Shown here piece after piece: positions 49,484 to 63,059 of a stretch of DNA of 64,000 bases (position 1 is the first letter of the stretch; every line of letters starts with the position of its first letter). Position numbers and translations under genes: made by a program. Below the pieces are notes generated by a model, which saw only the letters and a list, made by a program, of their open reading frames with translations, was not told the origin of the DNA and did no database searches. Origin of the DNA: Harriotta raleighana (taxonomy: Eukaryota); NCBI GenBank assembly GCA_050575255.1, contig JBNZDD010013656.1, positions 1,210,706 to 1,274,705 of the forward strand, written 5' to 3'.

Positions 49484-49806
49484 GGAACTCCGGTAGCTCA
49501 GTGGTTAGAGCACTCGCCTTACAAGTGTGAGACCTGTGTTTCGAATCCAGGGAGGTCAGGGCGAAACCTTGGGCAAGTTTCCTTACTCCATACGCCTAAT
49601 AATAATCCGTCCAAAATAAAAACACAATAATAAATATTGGTCATTTCAATGCACAACTGTTTGTGGGACACTGCTGTGCGCAATTGGCTGCCGCATTTCA
49701 CCCACAAATATAGTCAATTCACTTTACAGTATATTCAGTGAAACGCTTTGAGACGTTGATAAGATGTGAAAAGTGCTATATCAAATGCAAGGATTAGTAT
49801 TATTAT
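49484..49806 (+). mobile_element. Deu-SINE, full length
   Basis: A box 'tagctcagtgg', B box 'tttcgaatcc', intact Deu core 'ctgtttgtgggacactgctgtgcgcaattggctgccgc', tail. Confidence 0.92.
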
Positions 49807-49974
49807 AACTATTATATTATTATTTGTATGATTTACTAAGAGCCAATGCACCACTGTGACTCAGTATCTATCATACAACACCCATATTATTGGAACATAC
49901 GAGGGAACAACAAGACGCCATTGTAGACTGCTTCAAGTTGTTATGTTAAAGACAGTCCCCAATATGGATAATGT

Positions 49975-50276
49975 GGCTCCTAATGTAGCTCAGTGATTAG
50001 AGCACTTTCCTTACAAGCGAGAGACTTGGGTTCGATTCCAGGCAGGGTGAATACTTGAGCAAGTTTCCTTTCTCCACGTGCCTCATGATAATCCCTCAAA
50101 AAATAATAAATTAGTTATTTCAATCCATGACTGTTTGTGGGACACTGCTGTTCGCAATTGGTTGTAGCTTTTTGCCCACATATATGCAGTCAATTGACTT
50201 TACAGTATATTCTGTGAAGCACTTTGAGATGTCTAGAAGTCATGAAAAGCTCATTATCAAATGCAAGGATTATTAT
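49975..50276 (+). mobile_element. Deu-SINE, full length
   Basis: B box 'ggttcgattcc', Deu core and tail. Confidence 0.92.
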
Positions 50277-52099
50277 ATGTTATCACTAATATATAAAATC
50301 ATACTTTTGCTTCACTTAAGAAACATAACAAATGTATTTTACTAGGAACTGGGATTTGGTTTAATGATAGTGTCTTAGTTTAAATAGTTAAGAAAATGTG
50401 AGGCTTTGATTACTTGATGTACAGCACCCAGTTCCAAAATTAAACATATGTTTTAATCCAGAAGATTTTCGGTCATTTTAGACTGTGCAACTGAAAAACA
50501 GTTGTTGATGTAGGACAATGAATACATTCTTACAATAGATTGTCTGGTGTTTCCTAAAGAAACAGTTAATGCAAAACATTTGTTTGAGAGGATTAGAAAA
50601 CTTAAGTTTAAAATTAAAAAGCTTAAAGAATGGCTGGAGATCAGAAGCTTTTTTTTCGTTCAGCAATGAATCTCCATCACAGAATCCCAACAAAAGCAGG
50701 TGCCCTTGCATTGTCAAATTCTTTAACTTTACTGGTGGATGCATACCTCGTTGAGAATAGGATTGGAGGATGTAGCTGTAGGTATAAACTGAGATGAACA
50801 TATGAAACAAAATTTGCATTATTCTTTTACCATTCCCAGGGCTAATTTAAACAGGAATCTTTAAGGAATAGCTTCACATTCATTAATTCCTTAATTATCC
50901 ACAATCTTAACCCCTTACCTTTACTAACCAGCATCTGACTCCTTGCTGCTGGCATATCCTGATTAATTGGCTGCTTGCGCATAAAATAAAACTGCTGTAA
51001 GTCAGAATCAGTTTGCAAATACACAAGTTTTAACTTGGGAAAATGTGCTCTTGTTTTGAATCGCTCCACCAGTGTAAAAAAATCCAATAACAATAATAAT
51101 AATCCTTACGTTTGATATAGTACCTTTCACTTTGGGTGGATGTCTCAAAATGCTTTACAGGGTTTACTGTAAAGTGTAGTGACTGTGTATTTTGTAGGCA
51201 ATCTGTGGAGTTTCATGTGCTGAATGCCCTTTCACAATCCTCACTTCTGTTGGTGTTTTGAAATTATCCATTAGGATGTTATTGTCCTGCAAAATACCTC
51301 AGACAAAAACTATAATTTGAAGGTTGGCACTTCCTTGGGAAGGTTAGAAAAAAAAGAATTTTAACTCGAATACTCTTAGGAGTATTCACAGCAGGGAAAT
51401 TAAATACAGTTTCACGAGAAGCCTCGATCAAGATAAATTCCTGAAATATAATAGGCGGAAGGGATCTATGGTTTTTAATCTGAACGTTTCTATAATTATC
51501 AATAATGAACTCCAGGATGTGTATTAATTGATGGGTAAAGCACTCCGAGATTAATCTCGGCCTCATTGTACGTTCAGCTTTTTAATTAGAATTTAAGCAG
51601 CCAATTTGTTACTAAACGCCTTATCATATTCATCTGTCACTCTCACTCTTTTATAAGGAAGATCACTCCTCTGTTTCTGCTCCATTTATCCACTTTTGTA
51701 ATTTTCCCCTCCCTTCTCTCTACCACCATTAGCATGAGAATCATTTAAGGATTTATTTACCTGTGGATGGGGAGGTGAAGAGAGGATCATGTGTCTTTTC
51801 TAATGAAACTATATTAACTGTTCTTTAATCAATGGGTTTAATGTTCAATACTTTAGAGATCATAGGTCTAAATTTCATATATTCTCTGGTAGCAACTTAA
51901 TTCAAAAGTGATGGGATTTGGGTTAAAAAACACACCAAATTCTGAAGACATTTTCTGTGGTACAAATATTCCCATTTCATTAGAATAAATTCTTTAGTTG
52001 TGCATCATTAACAGGTGTGGTTGACAACATTGTTATTTTTCTTGCAGTATCTATGTAGATAGCAGTAGCTCGTCTTTCAAAGCTTACTTTTTCAGTATG

Positions 52100-53023
52100 A
52101 CAGGAGACTCTATCTTTCTGCCTCTACCCTCGACTGTACGACCACTGCTGTCCTGACAGACTGCCTGTCAGACATCAAGTCCTGGATGAGAGCTAACTTT
52201 CCACAGTTGAATGTCAACAAGAACGAGAGCCTTTTTATTGACTCACTCCGGTGTCTTCACACATCAGGCACTGGCAGCATCAACCTCCATGGTTGCACAC
52301 TCAACCTCACCATGCCAGTCAGGAATTTAGGTGTGTTATTCAATCCTCAACTATCTTTCCTCCCCACATCCAAACCATGACCAGCTCTGCCTTCCCTCAC
52401 CTCCGCAATATTACCCAACTCCACTCACATCCAGGCTTGACTACGCCAACATAGTCCACGAAGGTTTGACCGCCTTTCCAATTCTTTCCTCCATGGGCCG
52501 CAGATAATCTAGAACTCCGCAGCCCGTATCCTCTACTGCTCCATGTTTCGTGATCCCCATCTTCCCCATTCTCATCCGATTCCATTCAATCCCAATTATC
52601 CAGAGGATTCAATTCAAGATCATGATCCTGACATTCAATTCCATCCATGGCCTCGCCTCACCCTACCTCTGTGACCTGCTAATCTTCTACCAACCTGCCT
52701 ACCCACTCTGCTCAGCAGGCTCCAGCTTGCTCCATGTCCCCCGACCCATCTGTCCCACTATTGGCGGGTGAGTCTTCAGCCACCCTGCCCCTAACCTCTG
52801 GAACGCCATCCCGCAATCCCTCCACCTCACCCCCTTCCTAGCTTCCTTCAATTACCATCTCAAAAACCCCCTCCTCGACGGTCCCATCGGTCACCCCAAT
52901 TCCCCCCACTTTCCATCCACCCTCCCTGTCTCCAACCCCAGCTTGGGTCTGAAACAATGACTATCCTGAGCCTTTGGACATCCTCCTGACCTGAAAGGCA
53001 TTATACAAGTGTAATTTTGTTGT
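52100..53023 (+). mobile_element. L2 LINE, longest copy (ORF2 C-terminal part and 3'UTR), frameshifted
   Basis: Peptides 'CLSDIKSWMRANFPQLNVNKNE', 'VRNLGVLFNPQLSF', 'FPHLRNI' and 'QRIQFKIMILTFNSIHGLASPYLCDLL'; L2 tail. Confidence 0.92.
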
Positions 53024-53870
53024 ATTTTTTATTGTATACTCCCACTGAGTAAAATAGCGTTGAATATCTTTGCAGTGTAAGAAATACAATCTCGGAAAAC
53101 TAACATCTTTTTCAACATTTGACTCCTAGAATATTGCGCCAATAGTAGGTTTCAATCCTTTCAGTGAGTTCTGCATGTACCCAAACATTGAACAGCATAC
53201 ACTTATTGTTTATTCATGCTGAATTCAAATAAGAAATTGTTACCTGCAGCATTAAAGAGTGCTTCTATACATCATAAACAACTTTATTATTCTATCCATT
53301 GTGTTTCAGTAAACAGTAATTTTCTGATAAATCTCACATGACATAAATTACAAATCATAGTGTAGCAGTGGCACAACCCAGGTTCCCACTATAACTGAAT
53401 AGGATTAAATCTAATCTTTTTTCTATCTGCTCCAGTGGTTCAGGTGGATACTAAACATCTCACAGTGTTAAAGAACCTGACGTTGTATTACAAAGCAGAT
53501 GACTGTTCTCTCTATCTGCACGTGCAAGACCCATATTATTGTGATGTTGTTGTTTGATGTCACTTTTGCTAGCTGATATTCATACCAGTTGGACTTTACG
53601 TCAATATCAATGTATTTATACAATTTTCCAGTGACTATATTTAACTACATTGTTATTTTGAATGAAATTCTCTGGATCTGGACATGATGACAATATGTGG
53701 TCTACTGTTTCTGGTGCTGGATGACATATTATTATTAATGTTATTATTATAGTTCATCAGGATTGTTGAGGCAGCATCTAGTTACAATGACACTGATGTC
53801 TTATCTATCCAGAGAGTGAGTGAGTAAAGAATAATCTGATCGATGGATTATCTGAAAGCCCAGTAACCAG

Positions 53871-53923
53871 TTACTGCAAACTGTGTAAATAAAAGAATTA
53901 CTGCAAACTGTGTAAATAAAAGA
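53871..53923. repeat. 27 bp tandem duplication
   Basis: ttactgcaaactgtgtaaataaaaga occurs twice. Confidence 0.9.
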
Positions 53924-54794
53924 CATGTACATTGTTTTAGGAATCATTTTTAAGACAGTCCTTATTTTTTTCATTTTCAGCAATCTTGAGGATTGTTACA
54001 GAATATTGGGAATTAGCGGTAACATAAAGTGGGTTATATGATTGCTTAGTGAGTAAACTGTCATATCCACAACAGCTTTAGAATACTGTATATTCATATT
54101 GCAGGTCTGAATCCCAATTTGTGGATTAGTTGATCTCAGACAATATTGCAGTTGGGGTCCAAATTTTACAAAATGTGCTGTATATTAGTAAAATATTAAT
54201 TGTGCCGAACTAGGAAAAACAGGAGACAAGCATTATTTATCTTAAGGAACAACCGTTTCTTACGTCTAGCTGATAATTAACGGAAACTGATCTAGGTTCC
54301 TGCACAGAGTCTACATTTGAAGCATTGAATAAAGATATGGCCACAGAATGAATAGACATTGGTAGCAAGGGCGATGGAAGATGAACTGCCGTGTGACTAT
54401 CCTAAATAAGTGCCCAGGTGGTGGGGTAACTTTGTGGGCTAAATGTTCCTTCTTCTTTCCTATCATATTCTCTTATGATGAGGTGATATATATTGCTAAT
54501 TATTTGGCTGAGAGAAAACTCTTGTTGAAGTACTTCATTCGAAACTTGAAGAATTTAATACAGTAATTGTCATTAAACTATAAAAGGGATTGTTACCTTG
54601 AACTCATCTTCGGTCCTCTCATGTTCTCTGTTATCTCATGTTTTCTGTGTATGACCCTGGATGTTTTCATCCAATTTTAGAATACAGTAAAGTAAACATG
54701 ATAGTGTCTATTGAACAGCACTAGGTGTTTTGCTGGGAGTATCTCCAAAAGAAAACAAACTTTCACTGAAACCACCTTATTGTTGACTTAAATT

Positions 54795-54905
54795 ATAATA
54801 ATAACCCTTGTATTTTGATATAGTGCCTTATCACGTCTTCGAAACATCTCAAAGCACTTCACAGAATACACAGTAAAGTGAATTATTGACTGTATTTTTG
54901 TGGGT
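54795..54905 (-). mobile_element. Deu-SINE 3' fragment
   Basis: Reverse-complement family tail. Confidence 0.8.
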
Positions 54906-56594
54906 AATAATTTTTTTGGGGAATGCAGATTATTTTACATACTCAAATCAAATGCCAATTGCTTTACATTGTACCAAGGTGTATCCTGATTCTCATAGCC
55001 AGGTTGGCACTTCTTATGCCAAGAGTCATTTAAGCATAATACCTGGACGAAACATTGGCAAATCTTGTCAGTTCATATGCCCTGTAATACATCTAGTCAT
55101 TCAGGACAAAGAGCTGTGAATTCTGTAATTAATGTATGTGTGCTCTTCTACATACATTACAAAGGGTTATAACTAACCCAGAGATAGGCTTTGCTATCCA
55201 TTCATCTTAGACAAAAGGAGAAGGGAATTAACTTGAACACAAGGATATTTAATGTCATTGTTGCATATTTCAGGAAGAAGTTTTCATAGATTAATGGGAA
55301 CTCATACTTAGTTGAAGTCTGGAGCTTTTTGAGCAATTATAAGTGAGGGTCTAATCAAAAATGTCTTCATTCTACTCGATTATTTTTAGTTTGGAAGCTG
55401 CTGTATGAATTTAAATTGGCCAGATGCAACATTTGAATGTCCGGACCTGTCAAAAAGTTAGAAAGTTCCCACCACTTTCTTGGTATTTATTCAGTTATTG
55501 TGACATTGGTCAGCAAAACATATATTGTACAATAGCCTATTATTCCACGTCTCTATCAATTAATGCCGTGTCATTCCAGTCCATGGGCTTGCTATACCTC
55601 CAGCTGTGGCTTATTAATGATAAACTTACCCACAGGACTAGTTCAACATATGGCTGATGGCTGTTCAAGGCTGAAAGGTGCACTACAAAAAATAATTCCT
55701 GTCAGCACTAAGTGGATAGGTCATGGGATTTACTACTGACATAGAACAACAAAGTTTGTTTTCGCACATATTTCGGTCTTGTCCCGTTGGGAATGGTGCA
55801 TTATGCTGAGATCCTATGGGTGACTTGTTAACTAATGTATCACAGCTGGAACTAGCAAAATCCGCAGAAACTTCAGAAACTGTATTGTGGCTATATGCCA
55901 CTAGAAAGAGGCTTTCAGAATATCAGTTATAACACTCCGCAAACATAGATATAATAAATGAATGAGACAGTTTTATGCTTAGTCCTAGTGTAATACAGAT
56001 GATGTATTTGTATGTTCGTTGCCAGATAGTCAGAAATACATGTGTGAAATAGTCATGGTTTAGGCATAGTTAACATGTAGTGTTATGTATTGATCTGAGA
56101 CAAAGATTAGATTTGTGAGCATAAGTAAGAAGGATAGTGTTAAATGTAGGTTTGCATGACACACAAGTTAGATCATTTGCTAAGTTTTTTTTGTTAAAAG
56201 TGAAAAGTGAAAAATATCTACACTGTTCAGCACTAAATCTTTCATTGCTGTCATTTTTCAGGATATTCTTACCATATTTTTGCAACATCAGCTAACAATA
56301 ATAATAATAATCCTGTTATCTGGATCTTCTATATTCTTACAATTTCTTAGAGAAAGAATGCAAATCTAATAAACAAACAAACAACTTGCAAAAAATATTC
56401 CAAAATACTTGCGTGGTACTCAAGAAAAGAGGTAGATATCAGCGTTGATCAATTAAAAATGTTTCTTTTTCATACTTTTTTGTCAGTAATACATATTCCG
56501 TTGCCAGGTATGTGACAGAATTGGGTATCTTATTGTTCTAACTATATATTGCACCTAAAGCCACAGGAAAACACTTTCCACTGCATCAAAATGA

Positions 56595-56870
56595 GACATT
56601 TCCACTCCCCACACCAGAAATCGCTTTGGCCTTTCCAAGGAAGAATACCAATTTGGAGCTAATTAGTGCTGATTTATGGGTAATTTTTTGTGCCTGGGAT
56701 TCTTTCCCACTAGGAATGGGATGAGATGAACCAATGCCATTTTCACTTGGTCTCAGTACAACTGTCAGATAGAGGAGACTTCCATCTCATCAGTCAGAGC
56801 TCAATTCAAACACAGACTCTCAAGGTGAAAGGACAATGTCCTCACTTACTGTTCCACCCAGACTCCCTGC
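56595..56870 (-). mobile_element. LF-SINE-like ancient SINE relic
   Basis: Reverse strand reads 'ctgggtgg...cctttcacc...gtgaaa...ttcctagtgg...gcactaatt...aggccaa' in LF-SINE order. Confidence 0.6.
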
Positions 56871-58034
56871 ACTGCTTTAATTAAATACCTCTTTACCGTA
56901 TTATCTTTCATGAAAATAAGCAAGATGATGTAAGAGAAGCCACTTTGTTTCAGATCAAACACTTTTAACGGGATATGTCAAACCCAAATAGTTAAAACTC
57001 ATAGATTGCAAAAAAAGCGTAGTTGTGAAAGAAATGTGTTCCTTTTATTTTTGTCATATTGCAGCATTACAACCAAGCTCAATAAGTTAGTGAAGTGCAC
57101 TTTGCATAAACATTGTGAAGTGCTTTGATATTTTATAGGTCCTGTACCAAATGCAAGTTTGTTTTATTAATTTGAAACCTTTCATTTATTAATTGGAACC
57201 TGTATTCAGAGTGAGGCAAAAGATTAAGAACTTGTTTTAGCTTGAAAATAATTTGATTAAAGAGCACATAATTATTCCTTCTCCTGAGGTGAACTGCTCA
57301 AAATGAAGACCAGCCTGTTTGGTAGAGCAACACTTTGGCGTATCTACATACCAGCAATGCCGACAACCTGAAAGGATCCCATTTAGCTGTGCTCACAAAT
57401 TGCTACAATAATATTTTCTGTAGGCTTGAGGTGGAGCATTCGATGGAACATGCAAAAGCAGATAAAAGCATTGCTGCACATTTTAAATATCCAAACCATG
57501 CTCAATAAATAAACCAGATTTAATTACACTGTAGTCAGTCACTGGTATTATCATAAACGCTGATCGATGAAAAATGAAGTTTCTATTGAATGTCCTGAAG
57601 ACCTCAGGCCGAGCCCACTCCATAGGTAAAAGGTTTATTTTTGGTCATGGAGAGGTAGATTTTGTACCCCAATTAAATCACAAATTGTGCACATTTTTTC
57701 TTTTAATGCATTTCTATATACAAATGAATACATGACCAGCTCTCTAAGAATATATTTTATAAAATAAATTTAAATTCTCATGTGTTAATGACAAAATCCA
57801 TATTTGTTTATCATAGCCCCAATGCAATGTAGATAGATTTGTGTTTCCCATTCTACATGCATATATAGTTGGCAACAGCATTGAATCAGCCGGGTGTGCT
57901 TCTGCACTTTGCTGGAAAATGTTTGTCTGATGGGTAGACTGGAAGTATAGACTAATGGGTAGGTGGGTAGACTTGAAGTGTAGACATTGTAAGGTTGTCC
58001 TGAAACCACGATTGGTTTACACCATACCATACAA

Positions 58035-58225
58035 TACAAATTATATTTGTATTGTCTGGTATGTGTCAGGGACCCAAGCTGGGGTTTGGGACAGGCAGGG
58101 TGGAGGGCGGGAAAACTGGGAGAGTAGCCGAAGGCTCAGCTGAAGAGGAGTGTTTTGAGATCCACATTGAAGAAGGCAATAGAGGAAGCGAAGCAATGGG
58201 AATATGGGATGAAATTCCATAAGGT
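58035..58225 (-). mobile_element. L2 LINE 3' fragment (diverged)
   Basis: Homologous to the other L2 3' ends ('gtcagggacccaagctgggg...gaagaggag...ggatgaaattcca'). Confidence 0.65.
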
Positions 58226-58399
58226 ATGGACAGAGCATTTCGGTAAATGAGAGGGAGTGTGAGATGTCAGGCCAACCAGAGTCACTGTGGAATGGGGTTT
58301 CAGGGAGACATTGACGTGCCACCAACAGCAGAGGTATCAGAACAGGACTGGTCAGTTTGATCAAAGTACATGAGGGACCATATGGCAAGAATCAGGACA

Positions 58400-58760
58400 G
58401 CTGATCCCCAATGGAACATGACAATCCATACAAAATCTGCAAAATAGACAGGGCACCACTGTAAGGACTAAATGTGTGTGTGACGTGCCTAGACAAAGTA
58501 ACTGTCAGGAGCTGCTGAACATGCAGGATAAATGGTTATCAGAGAGGAACAAAATAAAGTTCGAAACATGGCAGGACAAGTTTCGGGCAGCTCTTAAAGC
58601 CATGAGAAGTGCAAGCAGTTCACTGGTGAGGTGATGGTCTCTAATGGAGCTGGGTGAGGTGCAAATCACCAGCCAGGACAGCGTCATCCACATGCTCCAT
58701 ATTGTTCCTCTTCCTTCACGTTGGGATGACCATTTCGTTGAGAGTGGGGACATTGAAAGG
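58400..58760 (-). mobile_element. Possible retroelement RNase H relic
   Basis: Peptide 'TSELLALLMALRAARNLSCHVSNFILFLSDN' resembles the RNase H E-helix and D-strand; frameshifted TDG-like and 'FVWI..HV'-like flanking motifs. Confidence 0.4.
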
Positions 58761-59321
58761 AATGAAAGATCATGTTGTATTGAAATGACTATCATGTGAC
58801 ACAGGAAAAGGGGTGAGATATACGATAGGTGAACAGGGCTGCACTTAATGGGATGCCTCAATCTGTTTGCAATAAAGTTCTATATTTATTCTTCAACATG
58901 TTTGGACATCAACCTTTGTTTCCCAAAACACAAAGCTCATTACAATAGGAAAAATCTGGTTAGGTTTTACAATGCCTTGAAAGTCAGGAAGACAATGCTG
59001 TTTTTCATCTTGAGACCAGTTCTCACTTGTTCTATAAATGGAAGATGAGTGACAGATCCACAGGACAGATTACATCACTGCCTCATTAAACTATCAATAT
59101 GACAAATCCTTGACAGATCATAGCAATATATAGAGAATAATTAATGGTTAGAGATAAATTACCCACTTGGTTTAGTATTAAATTGGGACAAATCATGCAC
59201 AATTGTCTGAGCCACATGAGTCCAATAAAGGATTTCATTCATGTTTGTAATCTTTCTCTGACTGCTTGATACATCCTTACATCTTCAGTTGACCAACTCT
59301 GAAAGATGAACTGTGATCTAA

Positions 59322-59620
59322 CCGCCCAACCATCGGTGGCTGGGCTTTCAGCCTCTCTGCCCCCACATTATGGAACTCCATCCCACAGTCCCTCCACCTT
59401 GCTTCCTCCCTTTCCTCCTTTAAGGGTGGTTTTGAAGAGCTTCCTCTTCAACTGCGCCTTCGGTTCCCCCCTCACTAACTCTTCCCACTCTCTTTCCCCC
59501 TCCTCCTACTACCCCCAACGCTCCCCGCCATGCTGGGGTCCCGACCTGACTGTTCAGCGCTTTGGGACGTCCTCCCGACGTGAAAGGCGCTATACAAGTG
59601 TAATTTTGTTGTTGTTGTTA
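59322..59620 (+). mobile_element. Young L2 LINE 3' end
   Basis: Near-consensus tail 'ttcagcgctttgggacgtcctcccgacgtgaaaggcgctatacaagtgtaattt(tgt)n'. Confidence 0.9.
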
Positions 59621-61989
59621 TTATGTGAGGTTTGTTTATGTGAACTAATGAATGTTACTTATTTGAATGGATTTTGTGCTGAGTACTGTAGTATGTTTTA
59701 AATGGAAGTTTAATGGGCAGTTGTACTGTACTCCATAATCTGGCTAACGTGTGATCCCCATCTACTGTATTTGGGATTTGGTTGAAATAACTGCAGTGGT
59801 CTCTCATGGAGAACATTGGTTATGTAACACCACTGGTATAAAAATTCTCAGTCCATAATTGTTGGTGGGACACTGCTGTGCGCAAGATGAGAACTTTATT
59901 ACGTTTCTTCCACAAAATATACTGTCAATTGGAATGCTTTGAGACATCTCAATGATGTGATAATCACTATATCAAATGCAACGATTAGTATTATTATGGA
60001 TCTCAAATGAAAGGACAGTAATGCACTCTTCTATAGCTTTAATATTTTCTGAAAATAGAGAAACTTTGCTTAAAAGAAAAGTGCAGTTCTAGCAAGTCAA
60101 TTGGAATTATTCAAGTATAAATCATATCTGCCATTTCTTTGTAATGTGCCTCCATTTCTATTAATGTTTTGGACTGCTACTGAATAGGAAAAGATATTTC
60201 TACGCCCTCCAATAAAATTTGTCCTAATCCTCGCCTGAGACTTTGTCAGAGTTTTATGAATGTCAAAATATAATTTTCCCTAAACCCACATTTCTTTGGT
60301 AACCAAAGAAAAAATATTATATCATATGCACTGATATTAAAATATTTTTATTTTTGCTGAGTGTTGTCACATTTAGCATGGTGGAGTATGCTTAGAATTT
60401 ATTTTGTTTTGGTCAGCTAATGTGTCTGATACATACGGAAAATCACCATAACAACAACAAAATTTACATTTGTATAGCGTCTTCCATGTCTTATGCTTAA
60501 GAGCAACTGAGCAAAGCTGAAAGTTCCACACAATTAAATGTATAACTATATTGTGTCAGCCTGGCTCACACTCTTACTAGTAAGTTGATCCGAGACACTA
60601 CTGACCTAAACTGTGCTATATAAAAGCAGGTTGCTGTTGTTGTTGAGTTCAAGCCTCATGAGTAGGGGTTGTAATGCCAGGATTTCGGGAGCACCATTAC
60701 CCAAGATTGCAACCCCTAAAGTATGTGTACATGAAGTCCATGTACAAATACTTCCTTGCAAATGTTACTGATCTCAAACAAAAACAGGAACATATACTGA
60801 ATTTCCTTCTGCACCTTCTGTAACTGTGCGAATGATAGTGTTCTGCCATTACTTCAGCTGAGGTGAACTAGGTTACATAGATTCAGACAGGACATGGGGA
60901 ATGAGGATACATACCATTCAGTCTAACTCGTCGTTGCCAGCTATAAGCTTTATGTTGGAAACTAAGCAGAAAAATAATTAATTTCAGGTACTTTCATCAC
61001 ACCATATTTAATGTCACAGATAGTCTCAATATCACAAGAAACATTAGGATAAAAGATCATCTTTGAGTGATATGATCCATTCTATTTGTCTGGAATACCA
61101 TTCTATTACCTTCCCATAATAATAATTCTTGCATTTCATAAAATACCTTATCATGTCATCAAGACATCACAAAATGCTTTTTAGGATTTTCTTGTGAATT
61201 GCAGTGGATTGTGTATTTGTAGGCAACTTCAGCAGCTAGTTTGCACACAGTAGTGTCCCACAATGAAGTGAATCACTAATATTTTACCTGGGGGATTGTT
61301 CTCCAGGACACTATTTCTTAAATGCATCCAATTTCCTGGCCTCTACCATGGAACTTAGTAACACACTCCAGTTGTTGATTATCCTCTGTAAAAACAGGGG
61401 CTTACTTTGTTGATCCCATTTAGCATCCTGCAAAAGATCCCCTCCGAGTCTGAGTTTGATTCCAAAACAAAGGAACACGATCAAGAGGTGAACATAAACT
61501 TGTTGGCAATTTACCATTATTCAGCATCCAACCCTATTCAGGATGTCTTTCATTATCACCACATTACACTGGGATTTTGCAAGGGAATCTGATCACTGTG
61601 ATTGGTTAAAATGCCGTTCCACATCGCAATGACTCCCTCAGGACATTATAAGAAGTTCAGCATTCATGCAAATCACCTCATTTCTGTTTTAACAATTTCA
61701 TATCTAATGTTAACAATGATCAATGTGGGAATCCCAATGTGTACTGAGGGTGAATCAAAACCATTTCCTGTACACTGTAAATACCTGAGTTGTTTATCGC
61801 CTTGTACAGCTTGCATTTTCTATGATTGCCGCTTCAGTGAGTCTGGATGAAACATTTATGCACCTGTTTAAGATTAGTCACATTAGTTCTTTTTTCCCCT
61901 GTTGAAAGTTATATATTTTACATCTGTTAGAATGTTATTACTTAATTTTCATCTTGATTTATTGACTGGAAGTGTTCTTTAACCCACTC

Positions 61990-62065
61990 TCAGCCTAGTT
62001 CATTTGGTAGCACTCTCACCTCTGAATCATACGGTTTTTGTGGGTTCAACCCCCACCAGGACTTT
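61990..62065 (+). mobile_element. tRNA-like head of an older SINE family (SacSINE-like); related heads near 35567 and 60555
   Basis: 'tcagcc...ggtagcactctcacctctgaatca...gtgggttcaacccc'. Confidence 0.55.
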
Positions 62066-62247
62066 TCTCTCCCGATGTGATTGATTCTTTTTCTTGCTAC
62101 CTAGTTACAGTTCCACAGACTTTCTCTGGCGCCATAATCAACTTGATGACCTGTATTGATGTGTGAGCCAAGTGTTAGGAGGCTATTTAGCATTACAGCC
62201 AAGCCTGATCATACATTTTTTATCACTACAACATGTCCTATATTGTA

Positions 62248-62268
62248 CTCTCTCTCTCTCTCTCTCTA
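62248..62268. repeat. (CT)n microsatellite
   Basis: Directly visible. Confidence 0.9.
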
Positions 62269-63059
62269 TAACCCTCTGCCTTCATGTTCAACATCTGTGA
62301 TGCTTTTAACACTGATGATCATCCCCAACTTCCTCTCATCATCCTATCTTGCCTGGATGATGGCTGCCTATTATTACAGTCGATAGTATTGTTATCCACA
62401 AGGCCATTGGAGAAATCTACAGGATTTGCAATTATCTAACATCTGGAGTTCACATCATTTCGCAACTCAAAAGTAAATGAGTCAAAAGTGAATTATTTAG
62501 CCTTCTAAATTTGGTAGAAAAAATACTGCACGTATCCTTTTTAAATAGCAATAATTTGTTGAATTCACAACAAAAGTTAAATGTATTTTTTATATATTTT
62601 GGATAGAAAATTAAAGAACATCTGGATATCCTACTCCTTGGTGTTCTCTTCAATGTCACATTGAGGAACACAATGTGTCCCTGAAGCCCATTAATTACAG
62701 TGAGGGAATAACTGGGTCAAGGATATTGCAGCACATGGATGTTTACTAGCAAGATGGGGAAACTACAGTATCTCACTAATGAAACATCAGAGCCATTGTG
62801 TAGCAGATGCTAACAGTAAAATGTTGACTATGCTGAGCAGTATATGTTTGAATCTGATCCTACAACTCACATGTGATTTATACGAACCAGTTTCACAAGT
62901 AGAATAACATATAATGCACGTGACCAACATTAGAAATGTACTTAAAATTGCTTTGACAAAGTGTTAAGCCTAACCTATTTGGCTCACTTTTCTCCTCTAA
63001 ATCTAGTCTCGATGATTTTGGCAAAGATCCTCCATTATTGCTACATCCTGTTTTGTTGC

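Noticed and set aside
49484-49565. tRNA-like sequences with A and B boxes
   Set aside because: They continue directly into SINE bodies and lack a proper acceptor stem; SINE heads, not tRNA genes.
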